A DNA stretch of 63,988 bases, filler included, from Reticulomyxa filosa (GCA_000512085.1; 14 parts of 14 records of this genome joined end to end with filler, not necessarily neighbours in it), one strand, 5' to 3'; counted from the first letter of the whole stretch, positions 35,144 to 49,200 are shown. The notes: generated by a model from the sequence alone, not told the origin. Numbers and translations are program-made.

Positions 35144-38100
35144 TATTTCCTGCGATCTTGACCCATTCTGAATGTGTTACAACGTGCTGTTATACTTTCT
35201 GAATATAAGAAGACAATAACTCACCAACTGTATTGTGACCTCTTTGTCGTTGGTTAGAGGACAAGTGGCATTTTGTCTTGCTTTCGTGTTAATATATCTA
35301 TTTATAATCACCAAAGGGTTTAATTATTAACTTTGAATTTCCTTAGTTCGTTTTATCTTTTGACTTTTCTTCCTTCATAACATTCTAATGAACTAATAGC
35401 TCATTTCTATCAATAATATTTTTCGCATTTTCCAAATCAATAGCACAAAAATGATTAATCTCATAAATAAGTCCAAATGCCAATAAATTAATATTCATCA
35501 AAAAATGCTCTTGAGCTTTATTACAGATTACCTTGTTATTTCCCAAGAATTTTACACAAGTATTTCATCATCATTTAATACTACAGCACAACCAAATATT
35601 GATGAGATAACAAATTCAAGTTCATCCTTTGAATTTTTTATTGGATACTTCATATAATATTTGAAACAGCAACTCGAAAGAATGGAATTGTTCCAAATCA
35701 AAATTGCACGACTAAAATCACTTTGTTTTCTCTATCTTTTTAGATATAAAAATTTCGTTATTTTTCCCTGCAATTGTAAATTTGTGTTATGTAATTAAAA
35801 AGAACATTTTATTCAATACATTTTGTGAAAAACTTTTGTAAAGCTAGTCTTTCCATCTATAAAAGCTTTCGTAAGCTGTTATTGATACTTATCGCCTTCG
35901 TGCCGTTTTATTAGTTCTACGTCCTTTTTTTCACAGCATGTTCCGTTTGAAGAAACAATTAATTTACCTTTTCATATCTTTTTTTGATTTGTCAAACGTT
36001 TCAGCTGTCACACAGTGCCTGATGTGCCTCTTTCACCATGGAAATACGAGCAGGCGCAATGTTTATTGTTTATCAACCAAAAAACTAGACTAACCAATAA
36101 AATGTGTTTGTATGAACTAATTATTGCTAAAGCACATTGTTGCGAAAAACTTCTGATTGATTTTTTTAAATTGCAGCATTAGTTGTTTTCGGTTCTTTTT
36201 TTTGAATAGTTTTTTTTGAAGAATTTTTTATGAAAACGTTTGATTAACTTACTAGTTTCTGTCGCTCAATAAATAGTATCTTGTTCAAATTTAGATTTTT
36301 ACACCAAAACAAATTCATTTTACCTTTTTTCTTTCTTTCGAATAACTATGCAACAAAAAACATGTTAGTGTTTCTATTGTCGAAGCAAAACAATCATATT
36401 GTCATTGAGATATAAAAAAATATATGGCATCTGGACTTTAAGTATTTTTTTTGTTAGTTCGCATATACTTTACACAAATCCCTTTCGTACTTAATTTTTA
36501 GTACTGCTTGAAAAATAACAAAGCTGATGTTTTCGATCTTTTTTGTTTTTACTTGTAAAAAAAAGTCCATTTTATGATTATTTTTTGTTAAATACATTTA
36601 CCAATGAAGCTAATTTTTCAACTATTGAATTTCTTTGACATTAGCAGCAAAAATTACATAAACTAATCTGCTGTCTTTGTAATCAGATCGCAAATAATTC
36701 AATGGAATTTCATTGTGATTAGCACGAAAATGCGGAACATGTACATTTGATATGGGAAGAATATTTGCAAATCTATTTGAGCAAAAAAAATGGAAAAGGC
36801 CGATAAGACAACACAAACATTGTGATTTTTCAAAAAATAAAATTGCAAACAATAAGTTTCAGAACTGCTGTTAATTTGCCCTCTGGCAATATGATCTAAA
36901 TATATACTTCAACCAAATGGAGGAGCAAAATCAATATGAAAATGCAGTGCAATTACAGGGGAAGACAAAAGAAATGAAAGACCATTATGATAATCCATGG
37001 AATTTAATACTAATTCAACAAAACAATTATATTGATTATTATTGCCGTTTTTGTGAATGAATTTCTGTATTGGCTTGTAGACATTGATTAGTGTATTAAC
37101 TTTTTTAAAATTTTATCTTTTGTCAAAAAAATCATAAAAATAAAAATATATTGATTTCACAAGCAAACAATTTGTAAAAAAAAATGTGTCATTCATGTGC
37201 TAATTTTTAGACAATCCATCTATTTATTTAGTCATATTAGTTAAGAAAGTAAATTTATCATTGAAAATAATAGACGAAATAAATCTAATTATAAATTTTT
37301 TATGACAACAATTATCATTTATGCAACACTTTTTTTTAGAAAAGTTTTTCAATCGGAAAATGTACAAAATAAAATCAAATATGATCTTATTTTTTAATTT
37401 AAAGAATGTGATATCCGTTCTAAAAAAATTACTCTTTTTTAGTTTGTTGTATATGCATTTCGTATTATTGTATTTTTTCATATGATATTTATTTACGATT
37501 GTAATGCTATGTATATTGTTAAGCCAATTTTATCGAGATTAGTATCTTTAAATTTATTGCAATAAACATCAATAATACTATATTAGAATGTATTCATTGT
37601 TATGTCAATTTAAGTATTTGTGTTCGCTACACAATCTCAGTTTTTTTGAATAAAATTATTTCCAAAATTGCGTGCCTTTGCGTTTGAACAAAGTACAAGT
37701 TTCAAAAACTTAACTTTGTGCTCCGCGTTTTTAAATGACTATTTAGAAATGTAAACAATTAAGTGACCATTTTTAAAAGCAAATAGTATGTCAAAGTAGT
37801 TTAAACTATTTCAATAACGTTTTTACTTTTTTCTTGCTATTGTTTCGAATTGTCTTAATTTTTTTAAAAATCTTTGGTTATTGTTATCTAAACCCTTTCT
37901 CAACGTGCATTTTTTTATATCAGCTCTCAGAAAAAAAGAACACTAAATTTTTTTCCCAAACAAAAAATAGTCATTCATGAACTATAAAGGAGTGCTCTCA
38001 CCACAATGAGATCGTTCTAGAGACGAAAATTTTTTTGGCACTCTCAATTTTTGGTGACTGTCCTTCGATCGGACAAAAGTGTTAAAAGTAAAAAAAGTGT

Positions 38101-38144
38101 GAACTTGTAAAAAAAAAAAAGAGTCAATGAAAGGGAGAGACATT

Positions 38145-38814
38145 TCAAGTACGATCAACAAAAAAAAGTGGCATTTCAGGCAAAGGTACGGAGGGTACGG
38201 GTAGTTGTTGCAGTGGCGGGAGAGTGTCGAGCGTGACATTGAAAGGGAGTACAGGAGGATAGGGTATGGTGCAGGGATCACTAGTGAAACGATAGTGCTG
38301 TTTGCGAGGTCTTCCAGTGCATGATTGTTGTTCAGGGGACTGTTCTTTGAGTCTTTTCGGAGGCGCAATAAGACGTAGCGACAAACCCCGCAAGCGCACT
38401 TCATACTCGGCACGACCCATGACTTTGGCGATCTTGGCCCAAGCACGACCATGTTCCCGGAACATGCGCGTCAAAAGCTGATCCTCTTCGGGACTGAAGG
38501 GTTGACGCACAAAAACGGGGACCTAGCGTGGGCTTTCAGCAAAGGCATCAGCAATCGCTTGTAGCGGTCTCGGAGCTGAGGCTCGGACCGCGAAGGCACC
38601 ATCTTCGATATCGTCGACCACACCGAGTTGCTGTGGTCGCGGTCCTCCACGTTGAAGAACTTGGCCGCGACCATTAATCCTATGTCGTCGGTCTTATTCC
38701 AGCCCCTGACCCGCGAGTACGTCAGTTGCAATAAGTGTGAATACACTTGCAAGGGGCTTCTTGTTCCAAGTTCACCCGCAACTTTTTTTTTTTTTTTTGA
38801 AAAACATCATTCCC

Positions 38815-38848
<34 letters not shown>

Positions 38849-39175
38849 TTAAACTGTATAAGTACTCTTTTAGGGTAGTCACATGTTTGACTGAACTTTT
38901 TTAACGTGTTCTCTTCCTCCTTCGACCACGGCCTTTTTGTTGTTGGTAGGTATAGTCAAACAGATTCAATTAAATTGGCGCGAATGAGTAACGTCAAACA
39001 CGGAAGCGAGGTGCGTTCCACAAAGGCAATCATGCCAACATGTTAAAAAAAAAAACAAAAAAAAAAACAACCCAAACAAACAACATGCTTACCCAGTAAT
39101 TGTCGGATAAGGGACCAACGTCTGGCGATATCTTTGAAAACATTGCAAAGGACTACGTTTCGTCTTTGCATACAA
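38145..39175 (-). CDS. Multi-repeat Myb protein, SNAPC4/SNAP190-like (partial; homopolymer frameshift near 38513)
   Basis: RSPLQCFQRY; RPWSKEEE; WNKTDD..L...WSTISKMVPSRSEPQLRDRY; PFSPEEDQLL.....HGRAWAKIA. Confidence 0.75.
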
Positions 39176-39292
39176 ATAACAAAAAAAAAAAANNNNNNNN
39201 NNNNNNNNNNNNNNNNNNNNNNNNNNNNNNNNNNNNTTAATTAATTAANNNNNNNNNNNNNNNNNNNNNNNNNNNNNNNNNNNNNNNNNNNN

Positions 39293-39662
39293 CGGTGACA
39301 ATAACACAAACTCCATTTTGTTCATATGGTTATCTCTCTTCGATCAACTTTGGAGGCATTGGCGGGGTTATTGGCCACGAAATATCCCACTGCTTCGATC
39401 CACAAGGATCCATTTACAGCGCGAATGGCAGCTATGATCCCTCCAGCGTTTGGAGCAGCTCCACACGCCAAGAGTATTTGTCTCGCGTACAACGCATCAT
39501 CAATCAATACAATAAGTTTGAAGTGGAGCCAGCCGTGTATGTCAACGGCACACGCACGCAAACAGAAAATGTTGCAGACAACAGTGGTGCCATGTAAAAC
39601 TGCCAGGAGTTGACTTGACTGATGAACAATTATTTTTTTTATGGGATGGGCCAGATCTTGGT
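39293..39662 (+). pseudogene. M13 (neprilysin/ECE) metallopeptidase C-terminal fragment, disrupted
   Basis: INFGGIGGVIGHEISHCFD (HExxH) and TENVADNSG, then a stop and apparent deletion, then LPGVDLTDEQLFF.GWA.SW. Confidence 0.85.
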
Positions 39663-40067
39663 TTGTTTTTGTGTTAACAAATAATGAGATTTTAATCCCA
39701 ATGGTTTGTGGGACAAATGAAATAAGTCACGCTAAATTAATAAAATTAACAGCCCAAACTTTCTACAGCTTATTATTTTACTTTTTAATCAATGTTCAAT
39801 TACTTTATGGGACATTGCATGAAATTATTATTCCTCCAAATCAATCCAAAAAAATTAAAATGGCTGACATTAACTTTCTTAAATCTTGTAAATCGTTATT
39901 TTTAACGTAACATTTTTAGGAAATTTGCAATGTCCCTCACGTAATGCATTTGAGATATTATTATTTTTTGTCAATTGCCTTGTATGTATGTTTTTGTGAA
40001 TTACTTATATAACAAAAATTTAAGAAATTCCAAATATTTTGAAAACAATATGACAAACATCAACAAA

Positions 40068-41798
40068 CTACTGCCATAATCGAATTGTTTCATCATAAGA
40101 AGATGACACAATCATATTACCGTCTGGTGAAATATCAATTTCTGTTATATATTTTGAATGTCCTATCAGCGTTTGTATTTCTAATCTTGATTCAACATCA
40201 TATAACCGAATTGTCTTATCATCAAACCACACAGCAATAGTTTGACCATCTGGAAAGTCTTGCAAGCCAAGTGGTTCAATAGAAGGTGTTACTATTTTTT
40301 TCAACTGCTTTCCTGATACTGCATCCCATACTCGAATTGTATGATCCTCTGAACATGAAAAAATGACTTTTCCATTCTTAGAATATTGAACTCTGTTTAA
40401 ATAGTTTTGGTGTCCATTCAATTTTTTTATCGTTATACCTGATTTCATATCCAAAATTGTGATTGCAAAGCCGTCATCTGATACAATTTGTTCGCCATCA
40501 GGTGAAAATCCTATATCGTTTATAAACTCTGAATATTTATTCCTTTGAATTATTCTTTGTTGTCCAGATTCTAAATCCCATATTCGAATTGTTGCATCCC
40601 TTGAACAAGATACAATATTTTTTCCATTTTGTGAAAATTGAACTCTTTTCACTGCCTCTGAATGTCCTTCCAATTTATTATATCCATTGATGTATCTACA
40701 TTCCACAATCGAATTTTATCATTTGAGCATGACACAATCATATTTCCATCTGGCGAAAATTCTGCATAGTTAATCCAACTTTTATGTCCTTTTAATATTT
40801 GAATTTGTTTTCCTGATGAAACATCCCATATTTGAATTGTATCATCATATGAAGATGAAACAATTGTGGTTCCATTTGGTGAAAATTTTACACTACTCAC
40901 ATGGTCTGAATGTCCATGTAAAACTTTGGATGGTTCAAACCATTTCATCTATTTTCGTTGATTTTTTTTTTTTTAAATGCATAATTTGATGTTTTTAAAT
41001 ATTTTTTTTAAAAAAAAACAACACAAAACAGACGCAAAAAGACATAACCACAAATCGGAAAATAATAAAGTTAAAATCATCAATCCATCCTTTCTTGATA
41101 GAATATGAACGAACCAATAGTTGGTGATTATGTTAATTTCTTTTTTTTCCTTTGTATTTGTTTTTTTTGACGTTATGTTCACACAAACAATCTAGTATAT
41201 AGTGGGAGTTGGGTCAACTTAACAAATAGTTTATTGATACCGATATCTTTCATCAATTCAGTTATTTTTATTTTTAAATGAGGTAATAATTCCTTTTTTC
41301 CAGCATATCCTCCAACAATATGGATAAATTTGTTGTCTTTAGATAGCATTGCAACACAATAACGCAATGAAAATGGAAGATCTTGTTCAAATTTGGTCCA
41401 TTTATTTTCGATGATTGAATATTTATAAATTTCTTTGGAATGAACTTTTATATACTCATCAGATCCACCAAAAAACAAAATAAAATCACTAACATAAGTA
41501 TATCCATAATAATATACTGGTCTCATAGATGTACAGTCTGTTACTTTATTAAAGTGAAACAGATTTTTATCTTCATCAAATGTTATGATTAGCCCTTCAT
41601 TTTTGTGAAATAATATCATTTTATTTATTTTTGTATTTTCATTTTTTAATATAAAACAATGAAATTTTACATCATTGCCAATTGGTATTTTGCCATGTTT
41701 AATATATTTAAATTTTTTCAAATCAAATACATCAATATTCTTTGGAGAATAAGTGATGAATAACAAATTATTATTACTTCCACCAATCACTGCACGCA
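40068..41798 (-). CDS. Kelch-like propeller, box motif and WD40 propeller gene (frameshifted; possibly a pseudogene)
   Basis: Kelch ORF 41179-41790 (ILFFGG...IYKYSI..NKW; IHIVGGY); box EINIITNYW...KKGWIDDFNFII near 41050-41140; WD40 ORFs 40649-40948 and 40068-40706. Confidence 0.75.
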
Positions 41799-41898
41799 NN
41801 NNNNNNNNNNNNNNNNNNNNNNNNNNNNNNNNNNNNNNNNNNTTAATTAATTAANNNNNNNNNNNNNNNNNNNNNNNNNNNNNNNNNNNNNNNNNNNN

Positions 41899-42099
41899 CA
41901 GGCCGGCAAAGCGCTGGGTCACGATCAGCGTGCCCACCGAGCCGTGAAAGCCGGACAGCCAGCGGCGGCCCTGCCAGTAGCCGGGCAGGTATTCGGACAA
42001 GTGCGGGTCGGACGACGGAATCAGACAGGCGGCAATGCCGTGTTGCTGCATGTGTTGGCGCAGGGCGGCCAGGCGGGCGGAAACAGGGGTGGCGGTCAT
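41899..42099 (-). CDS. Bacterial aminopeptidase P family (Xaa-Pro) protein, N-terminal fragment
   Basis: RLAALRQHM...IPSSDPHLSEYLP.YW..R.WLSGF.GS.GT.IVT. Confidence 0.92.
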
Positions 42100-42258
42100 G
42101 ATGGTTCTCGCTGGAATATTGTATTCATTTTGCGGCGCGAGACAGGGGCTGGCAAGACGGCCAATCGGACAGGACGCAATGTTCTGTAAACAGGACGCTG
42201 CGGTAGTGCGTGTTCATGCCAAACGGCTTGCTGCGCGCCTTACCCCGGCGCAGCAACG

Positions 42259-42282
42259 AAAAAACCCCGCCGTAGCGGGGTT
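42259..42282 (-). terminator. Intrinsic terminator downstream of phaA
   Basis: Minus strand AACCCCGC-TACG-GCGGGGTT-TTTT: GC stem, cUACGg tetraloop and U tail. Confidence 0.85.
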
Positions 42283-42305
42283 GGGCATGCCGGAGCGGGC
42301 CGGGT

Positions 42306-43487
42306 TTACGGACGCTCAACCGCCAGTGCCACACCCATGCCACCGCCGATGCACAGCGTGGCCAGGCCTTTTTTGGCGTCGCGGCGCTGCATTTCGTGCA
42401 GCAGGGTCACCAGTACGCGGCAACCGGAGGCGCCGATCGGGTGGCCCAGCGCAATGGCACCACCGTTAACGTTCACCTTGTCGGCGCCCCAGCCCAGTTC
42501 GCGGGCTACGCCCAGTGCCTGTGCGGCAAACGCTTCGTTGGCTTCCACCAGGTCCAGGTCTTCCACTTTCCAGCCGGCTTTGTCCAGCGCTTTGCGGGTG
42601 GCGGCAACCGGGCCGATGCCCATGATTTCCGGTTCGCAGCCGGTGAGGGCGTACGATTTGATCACGGCCAGCGGTTTCAGACCCAGCTGGTCGGCCTTGG
42701 TGGCGGTCATCAGCATCACGGCAGCGGCGCCGTCGTTGATGCCGGACGCGTTACCGGCGGTAACCGAGCCGTCTTTCTTGAACGCCGGGCGCAGTTTTGC
42801 CAGGCTGTCGGCCGAGGTGCCGGCCTTGATGTATTCGTCTTTGGCAAAGGCTACCGGGTCGCCTTTGCGCTGCGGCACCAGTACCGGCACGATTTCGGCG
42901 TCGAACTTGCCGGCAGCCTGGGCGGCTTCGGCACGGTTCTGCGAGGCCAGGGCCAGCGCGTCTTGCTCTTCGCGGCTGATGCCGTACTTGGCAGCCACGT
43001 TTTCGGCGGTAATGCCCATGTGGTACTGGTTGTACACGTCGGTCAGGCCGTCGGCCACCATGGTGTCTACCAGCTGGGTGTTGCCCATGCGGAAGCCGTC
43101 ACGAGAACCCGGCAGGATGTGCGGGGACAGCGACATGTTTTCCTGGCCGCCGGCAATCACGATCTCGGCGTCGCCGCTGGCGATGGCCTGGGCAGCCAGA
43201 TGCACAGCGCGCAGGCCGGAGCCGCATACCACGTTCAGGGTGGAGGCCGGGGTGGATACCGGCAGGCCGGCTTTGATGACTGCCTGGCGCGCCGGGTTCT
43301 GGCCAACGCCAGCGGTCAGTACCTGACCCAGAATCACTTCGCTTACGTCTTCCGGCTTCACGCCGGTTTGTGCCAGCAGGCCTTTGATCACGGTGGCGCC
43401 CAGTTCCGGGGCCGGGATCTTGGCGAGGGAGCCGCCGAAGCTGCCAACGGCGGTACGCAGTGCTGCAACGATAACGATGTCTTGCAT
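42306..43487 (-). CDS. phaA: Acetyl-CoA acetyltransferase (beta-ketothiolase)
   Basis: [28 protein letters not shown] and LCIGGGMG motifs; GGAG RBS upstream; directly downstream of phaC. Confidence 0.95.
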   Translation of the reverse strand: MQDIVIVAALRTAVGSFGGSLAKIPAPELGATVIKGLLAQTGVKPEDVSEVILGQVLTAGVGQNPARQAVIKAGLPVSTPASTLNVVCGSGLRAVHLAAQAIASGDAEIVIAGGQENMSLSPHILPGSRDGFRMGNTQLVDTMVADGLTDVYNQYHMGITAENVAAKYGISREEQDALALASQNRAEAAQAAGKFDAEIVPVLVPQRKGDPVAFAKDEYIKAGTSADSLAKLRPAFKKDGSVTAGNASGINDGAAAVMLMTATKADQLGLKPLAVIKSYALTGCEPEIMGIGPVAATRKALDKAGWKVEDLDLVEANEAFAAQALGVARELGWGADKVNVNGGAIALGHPIGASGCRVLVTLLHEMQRRDAKKGLATLCIGGGMGVALAVERP

Positions 43488-43560
43488 GGTTTTCTCCAGG
43501 TTGTTCTGTTCTGTGCCAGATACGGGTGAAACCGCAATCTAGCACAGAAGTCTTTGCAGA

Positions 43561-44437
43561 TTATTGCAGGGTGGCCAGCTGGGCCGGCATGGCTTTGGCT
43601 TGCACGTATTCGCCCGGGGCGTCGCACAGCGCCGGCAGTTCCTTGCTGCCAAAGGCTTTCGGTGCGGCTACCTTGTCACCGGACTGCGGTGCCAGCCAGG
43701 CGTCCCAGTCTTTCCACCAGCTGCCGGGGCGGCTTTCAGCGCCGTCCAGCCAGGCATCGGCACTGGCGACCAGATTGTCGTTCACCCAGTAGTTGCGCTT
43801 GTCTTTGGTCACCGGGTTGATGGAGCCGGCAATGTGGCCGGAGGCGCCCAGCACGTAGCGGCGCGAGGCGGCACCGCTGAGGTATTGCACGCCGTCGTAG
43901 GCCGATTTCCACGGTACGATGTGGTCTTCGCGGGCGGCAAAGATGTACAGCGGGATGTCGATCTGCGATACGTCGATCTTCACGCCGCACAGCTCGATGC
44001 TGCCCGGCTTCGTCAGCGCGTTATTGATGTAGAACTCCTTCAGGAAGAAGGTGTGCATCGGCAGCGGCAGGTCGACGGCGTCGTTGTTCCAGTACAGCAG
44101 GTCGAACGGCGGCGGGGTCTTGCCCAGCAGGTAGTTGTTGACCACGTAGTTCCACACCAGGTCGTTGGCGCGCAGGCTGGCGAAGGTGCGGCCCAGTTCC
44201 TTGCCGCTGACGATGCCGCCACTGCCGGTGGCCAGCTTGGCTTCGCGGGCCTGGATCAGCTTGTCGTCGATGAAGACCTTGATCTCGCCCGGGTCGGTAT
44301 GGTCTACCAGCGAGGTCATGAAGGTGGCGCTGTCGATGTAGTTCAGCTTGCGGTGCTTCATCACGCACAGCGCGGTGTTGAGGATGACGCCGCCAATGCA
44401 GAAGCCCAGCGCGTTCATCGACGGCTGTTTGGTGATC
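43561..44437 (-). CDS. phaC: Class I poly(hydroxyalkanoate) synthase, C-terminal part
   Basis: Lipase-like box GFCIGG; [27 protein letters not shown]; EDHIVPW; SGHIAG; GSWW.DW..WL; APGEYV. Confidence 0.96.
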
Positions 44438-44537
44438 NNNNNNNNNNNNNNNNNNNNNNNNNNNNNNNNNNNNNNNNNNNNTTAATTAATTAANNNNNNN
44501 NNNNNNNNNNNNNNNNNNNNNNNNNNNNNNNNNNNNN

Positions 44538-45725
44538 TCCTCCATTTCCCCTCCATTTCCCCCTCCCTCCTCCTCCCTCCTCCTCCTCCTCCTCGGCCAT
44601 CGGTAGAGTCTCCTCGACTTCGATCGATCCCTCGACGTCCGTGCACTCGAATGTCTCGTGCGTGGTGGAAGAACTCATCTCTCATGTGCGACGCTTCCCA
44701 CAAACGCTTCTTTTCCTCTTTGCGCTTCTCTCGCAACGCCACCAACGCTTGGTCCTCGCGCTCCTCGCGGGACATAAACTTCACCTTCACTTTCGCTCCG
44801 CTCTTCACCGCCAGGATACCTCCGATCCCGACTGTCACATTTTGCATTCCTGTGGCAGGCTTTTTTTTTTATTTTATAATTTCCATTGAGTGTTTATTTT
44901 TTTTTTCCTTTGTATTTATCCCTCCCCTCCCCTTTTTTCTTTCTTTTCTCAAAAAAAAAAAAAAATTGGTGGACAAGTAGCGAAATTGCGCGGAGGATAA
45001 AAGTGACTAAACTTGGGTTCCCATGCTTCGTGCGACTGATGCTTCTCTCATGACACTGTGAGATCTTAAAAGATCTTCCGATCTCTGAGCAATGACGGTT
45101 TTGTTTGTAGACGAGCTGAGCAGTCCACTGCTCCCTCCTCCACTCCTCCTCCTCCGCCACCACCGCCACTGCTTTTGCGCGAGTTAGTGGCGTTGTTGTT
45201 ATTTCCAAGAAGAGAGGCACCAGCTGAAAAAGAAGAAGAAGAGAAGAAGAAGAGATGGTACCAGTGGAAGTGCCAGTAGTGGCAGCAGCACTCCCACCAC
45301 CTCCAATCGCATTAGTATTTGAAGAAGATAAAGCAGATGATGACGATGATGATGATGAAGAAGAAGAGCCGCCCAAGTTGGTAGTGTCGTCGCGTTTCTT
45401 GTCGTGACTTCGACTGCGACTTCGCGACTTGCTTGTCCTATCTTTGCCTTTGTCCGCACGATCTCTGTCCCGATCACGTCTGATATTGTTTGCAATGCAT
45501 ACACACCACATGTTTGCATTCGTATGTGTCCGCACACAAATGGACAATGCAAACAAAAGATTCGAAAAACTGTAAGCGAGAGTGGTGACCACGGTCACGA
45601 TCACGATCACGATCACGATCGCGATCACGGTCACGGTCGCGTCGGGTGCGACTTCGACTACGACTTCGGCTATGGCTGCTTCGGCTTCGACTGTGACTAT
45701 GACTGCGACTATGACTGCGAGGCAT
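44538..45725 (-). CDS. RS/RD-rich protein, probably the DDX23/Prp28 N-terminus (partial, spliced)
   Basis: RS and RD dipeptide repeats, then KVKFMSREEREDQAL..LREKR (~DDX23 KPKFLSKAEREAEAL). No helicase core within the contig. Confidence 0.6.
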
Positions 45726-46151
45726 TGAGAGATGCGGTGTGGACGAACATTGTTTTTTTTTTTAGTTGCAAGTTGTCCCCCGCTGTTTTTTTTACAACTA
45801 TTTTGGCATATGACCTTTTAGCCAACTAACGCAACAAAGGAAAATTTAAAAATAATAAATATGCTGATAACAAATGCTTTTTTTTTTAAATTGAAGCCCC
45901 TTTTGTTTGAAGGGCAAATACTTTTGGCCCAAATAAAGAAAAGTTAAAGTGGAACAACGATAATATAGCACCGGACTCTTTTGGAATAAATTGTAATTTT
46001 AATACAGCTACAAAGAGAAAATATCAAAATCCTTCAGCATTAAAACAAAACNNNNNNNNNNNNNNNNNNNNNNNNNNNNNNNNNNNNNNNNNNNNTTAAT
46101 TAATTAANNNNNNNNNNNNNNNNNNNNNNNNNNNNNNNNNNNNNNNNNNNN

Positions 46152-46188
<37 letters not shown>

Positions 46189-46284
46189 GGGAGTATAGCG
46201 ATAAAAAATAATCATTGTGATAATCTTGCCATCAATGCCATTTTAAACCTGCTTCTGAGGAATCTCAATGAAAAATCACCAAAG

Positions 46285-49200
46285 ATGCCCTCATTGGCTG
46301 AATTGTGGAAAGTGATCATTGAAAATATGGAGTCTTGGCCGAAGACGATTCAGGACGTGATACTCGAGCCATCCCCCAAAAAAACAGAGTGGACAGTGGA
46401 GATATTTTTGGAGTGTTTGCCAAAGGAATGGAAGCAATTGAAATTGGCAGAACATATTGGCAATTGTTTGTCGCTACAAAACGACCTTGCCACAAAAAAT
46501 AAGTACTTAGAGGAGATGATTTTATATTTGTTGGATGAACACGTAAAACGCTTCCACTCAAATGAAGAAGCGGAGGCACTGAAGAAGATAGTGGATGATA
46601 AAGATATATCCAAGGCGATGAAAGGGGGAAAAGGTATGGGAATGAGCATTGTGCAGCAATGGTTGGATGACTGTTTGAAATTCATTAAAAAAAGCATTGA
46701 CAAGATGGACCAGAAAAGTAATGACATGATGGACGACAAGAAAAAAAAAGTGCAAGATGAGTGTAATCTGTTGGGGTATTTTCTGCCTCTTCTGAAAGAT
46801 CAGATCAAAAGTAAGAGTGATGAAGATCACATAAAAATAGAGTTAACATGTAATTTATGGTATTGCATGTTTTCATTATTACCGAATGTAAACAATGAGA
46901 TATCTTCATTGCTATCGGCCTATATCGTAAAAGAGAAAACGAAGAAACAGAAAGGGGACGAAGTAAACGAACAACTTGTATTATGTTGTTTACGAAATTG
47001 CTTTGATTTTTCGTCGACCTTTTGCGATTTGATTATACGTTGTTGCAATGGCGACGCAGCTTGGAGCCTGTTATGGACGGAGTTATCTTTGTGTCCGGAT
47101 TATTCAATCGACTCCAAATGGAGAAATTTGGAACGAACAAATGTGGATAAGGTAGCGGAAATTTTACTTAACATGATCAAGCTGCTATTGCCAAACGATA
47201 TATGTCAAAATTGGAGCCCGAACTCACCTCCAAATCTGAAGCAGCTGTGTCAATTGATTTTGAAAACCTCCAAAGATAAATGGAAGGAAGACAAATGCGT
47301 AGCATATTTGATTGATCTGAGAACAAACTTTTCAACAACAGAAATGATAAATCGCGTGTCTCAATCATTGAATTGGACACCAGCAGTAGCCGCAATAGTA
47401 AAAAAGTTCATGAACGATTCGATCCCTAATTTAAAAGAGCATGAACAATGGTTGGACGAGATGCTTGTCACTTTGGCTCAGCACTGGTCCCTCCAAACTG
47501 GCAAGTATCCTGATATGCCCGCTTTGGCAAAAACTTTGGTGTCTTTAGACTGTGACAGAGACAAAAACGGAGTGGGTCTGTTTTGCCACTTATTGCAGCA
47601 GCATGGTTTGGAGCCATCATTGGCATCTGTATTGAAGCACCGATTACAGCATAAAAACTACGTTGATTGCGATTCACTTTGGCTAAAAGACTTTGCCGAT
47701 TTTATTGCAACTAAGGAATCTAGCAGTGACACAATGGACACTGTTGCATGTATACGAGGTGGTTATGTCTTGTGTCAAAAAAAAATGAAGGTAATTCTCG
47801 CTTTGATAGAGGAAAAATGCAAACGCATTGGCAATGCCTCTTTTTCTCAAAGCTGCAGTCTGTTTTATGACCAATTTGTGAACTCTGAAAATATTATTTT
47901 TGATGATTGGTTGGACTGGATTGTCATGGAGTGGCTCCCGATGATGAAAATAGAAAAGGAGTACCTCCAAATTCTGCAAGGTTATCATGCAATAAGAAAG
48001 GGCGGAAAGTTAGAGGCAGAAAAAGAAAAAAACTTATTACTTGGCATTGGATTGCAGATGACAGTCATTGCACTGTCCAGGGTCATTCCAAATGCCAGTA
48101 TGTTCACTGCTACTTGTTTGGCCGTCAAAAGTGGAGCCGTAGACGCCATTGCAGTGTGCAATTCATTATTGCCTGCCTCCTTTTCTCCTATAATCACTCG
48201 TGTGTTACAACAAATTGAAACGCCTTTAAGCCCTTCCAATCAGAACAATACTTGCAAGCATATCCTTCAATTATTGTTCAACGCGTGCTTCCACACCGAT
48301 CCAACCTTTGCGGAAATATGCACCGAACATTGGCTGCATGATGATGACCAAAAAAATGACGTACCTCTTCCTAAAGATAAAGGCATCCCATTTGCTCGAG
48401 TCATGCTAGATCACGTGAGCAAACGTTACGGTATCAAGAAGGAGCAAGTACATGTATTGAAATCGAGTATGTTGCCATTCCACACATTTGTGCAAGAAAT
48501 TGGCGCAATGCTGCTTTCTAAACAATTGGAATTGCAACAATTGCCTACAAGCGTTTCTTCTTTCATCCGTTTAAGTTATTTGCAAACTGATATCATCAAA
48601 GCAAGAACTATAATTAGGCTGATTGAACTTCCAGGGGACAACCCAAATCAAAAAAATGACAAATCAAACCAATTGTATCCCATATTGCAATTGCAAAAAA
48701 TGGAATGAATGGATATGTAGCCCACATAAAAATATCAAAACAGAAGAAAACTCGCAAAACTCGATTTGGGAGTATTTCGGTGAACATTTGACAGAGCTTG
48801 GTTGGTTTGAACTGCTTCAGTTGCGATTTGTAAAGGTAAGTGCAAGAAAAAGGGATGGTGAAATGTTGCAATTGGAAATATTGGCAAACGTGTTGAAAGT
48901 ACACGATATAATTTCTGGAAAGATCTATGAAAACTTGAAAAAGCTGTATTGTGGCAAAGAAAAGGATCGTATTCTACGTATAAATGAAATGATGGAATGT
49001 TTTACTTGTGAGGAGCCTGATTGTGATATTGTGAACACATTAAAATGCCTAAGCGCATTGACCGACAAACAGATCAATCGTGATCGACCAAAGGCAAAGG
49101 TATTAATGGGACAATTGCTTCAAAATGCGAAAGTGAATTTGTCTAATGAAATGTATGAGCTGATTAAGGAAAGAGTGAGTGGGAAATATGGGAAAGACTT

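Noticed and set aside
36010-36062. Small hairpin as a possible SECIS or hammerhead element
   Set aside because: Only a 7-bp stem, and the core consensus (RUGA/GA, CUGAUGA) is absent.
35150-37900. Possible further decayed genes or TE remnants in AT-rich DNA
   Set aside because: No motif could be supported by manual translation.
41899-44437. Horizontal transfer of PHA synthesis genes into the eukaryote
   Set aside because: No host junction, no introns and no compositional amelioration; the contig is isolated by spacers.
42337-44493. Long plus-strand ORFs (329, 377 and 309 aa)
   Set aside because: Antisense shadows of GC-rich phaA and phaC.
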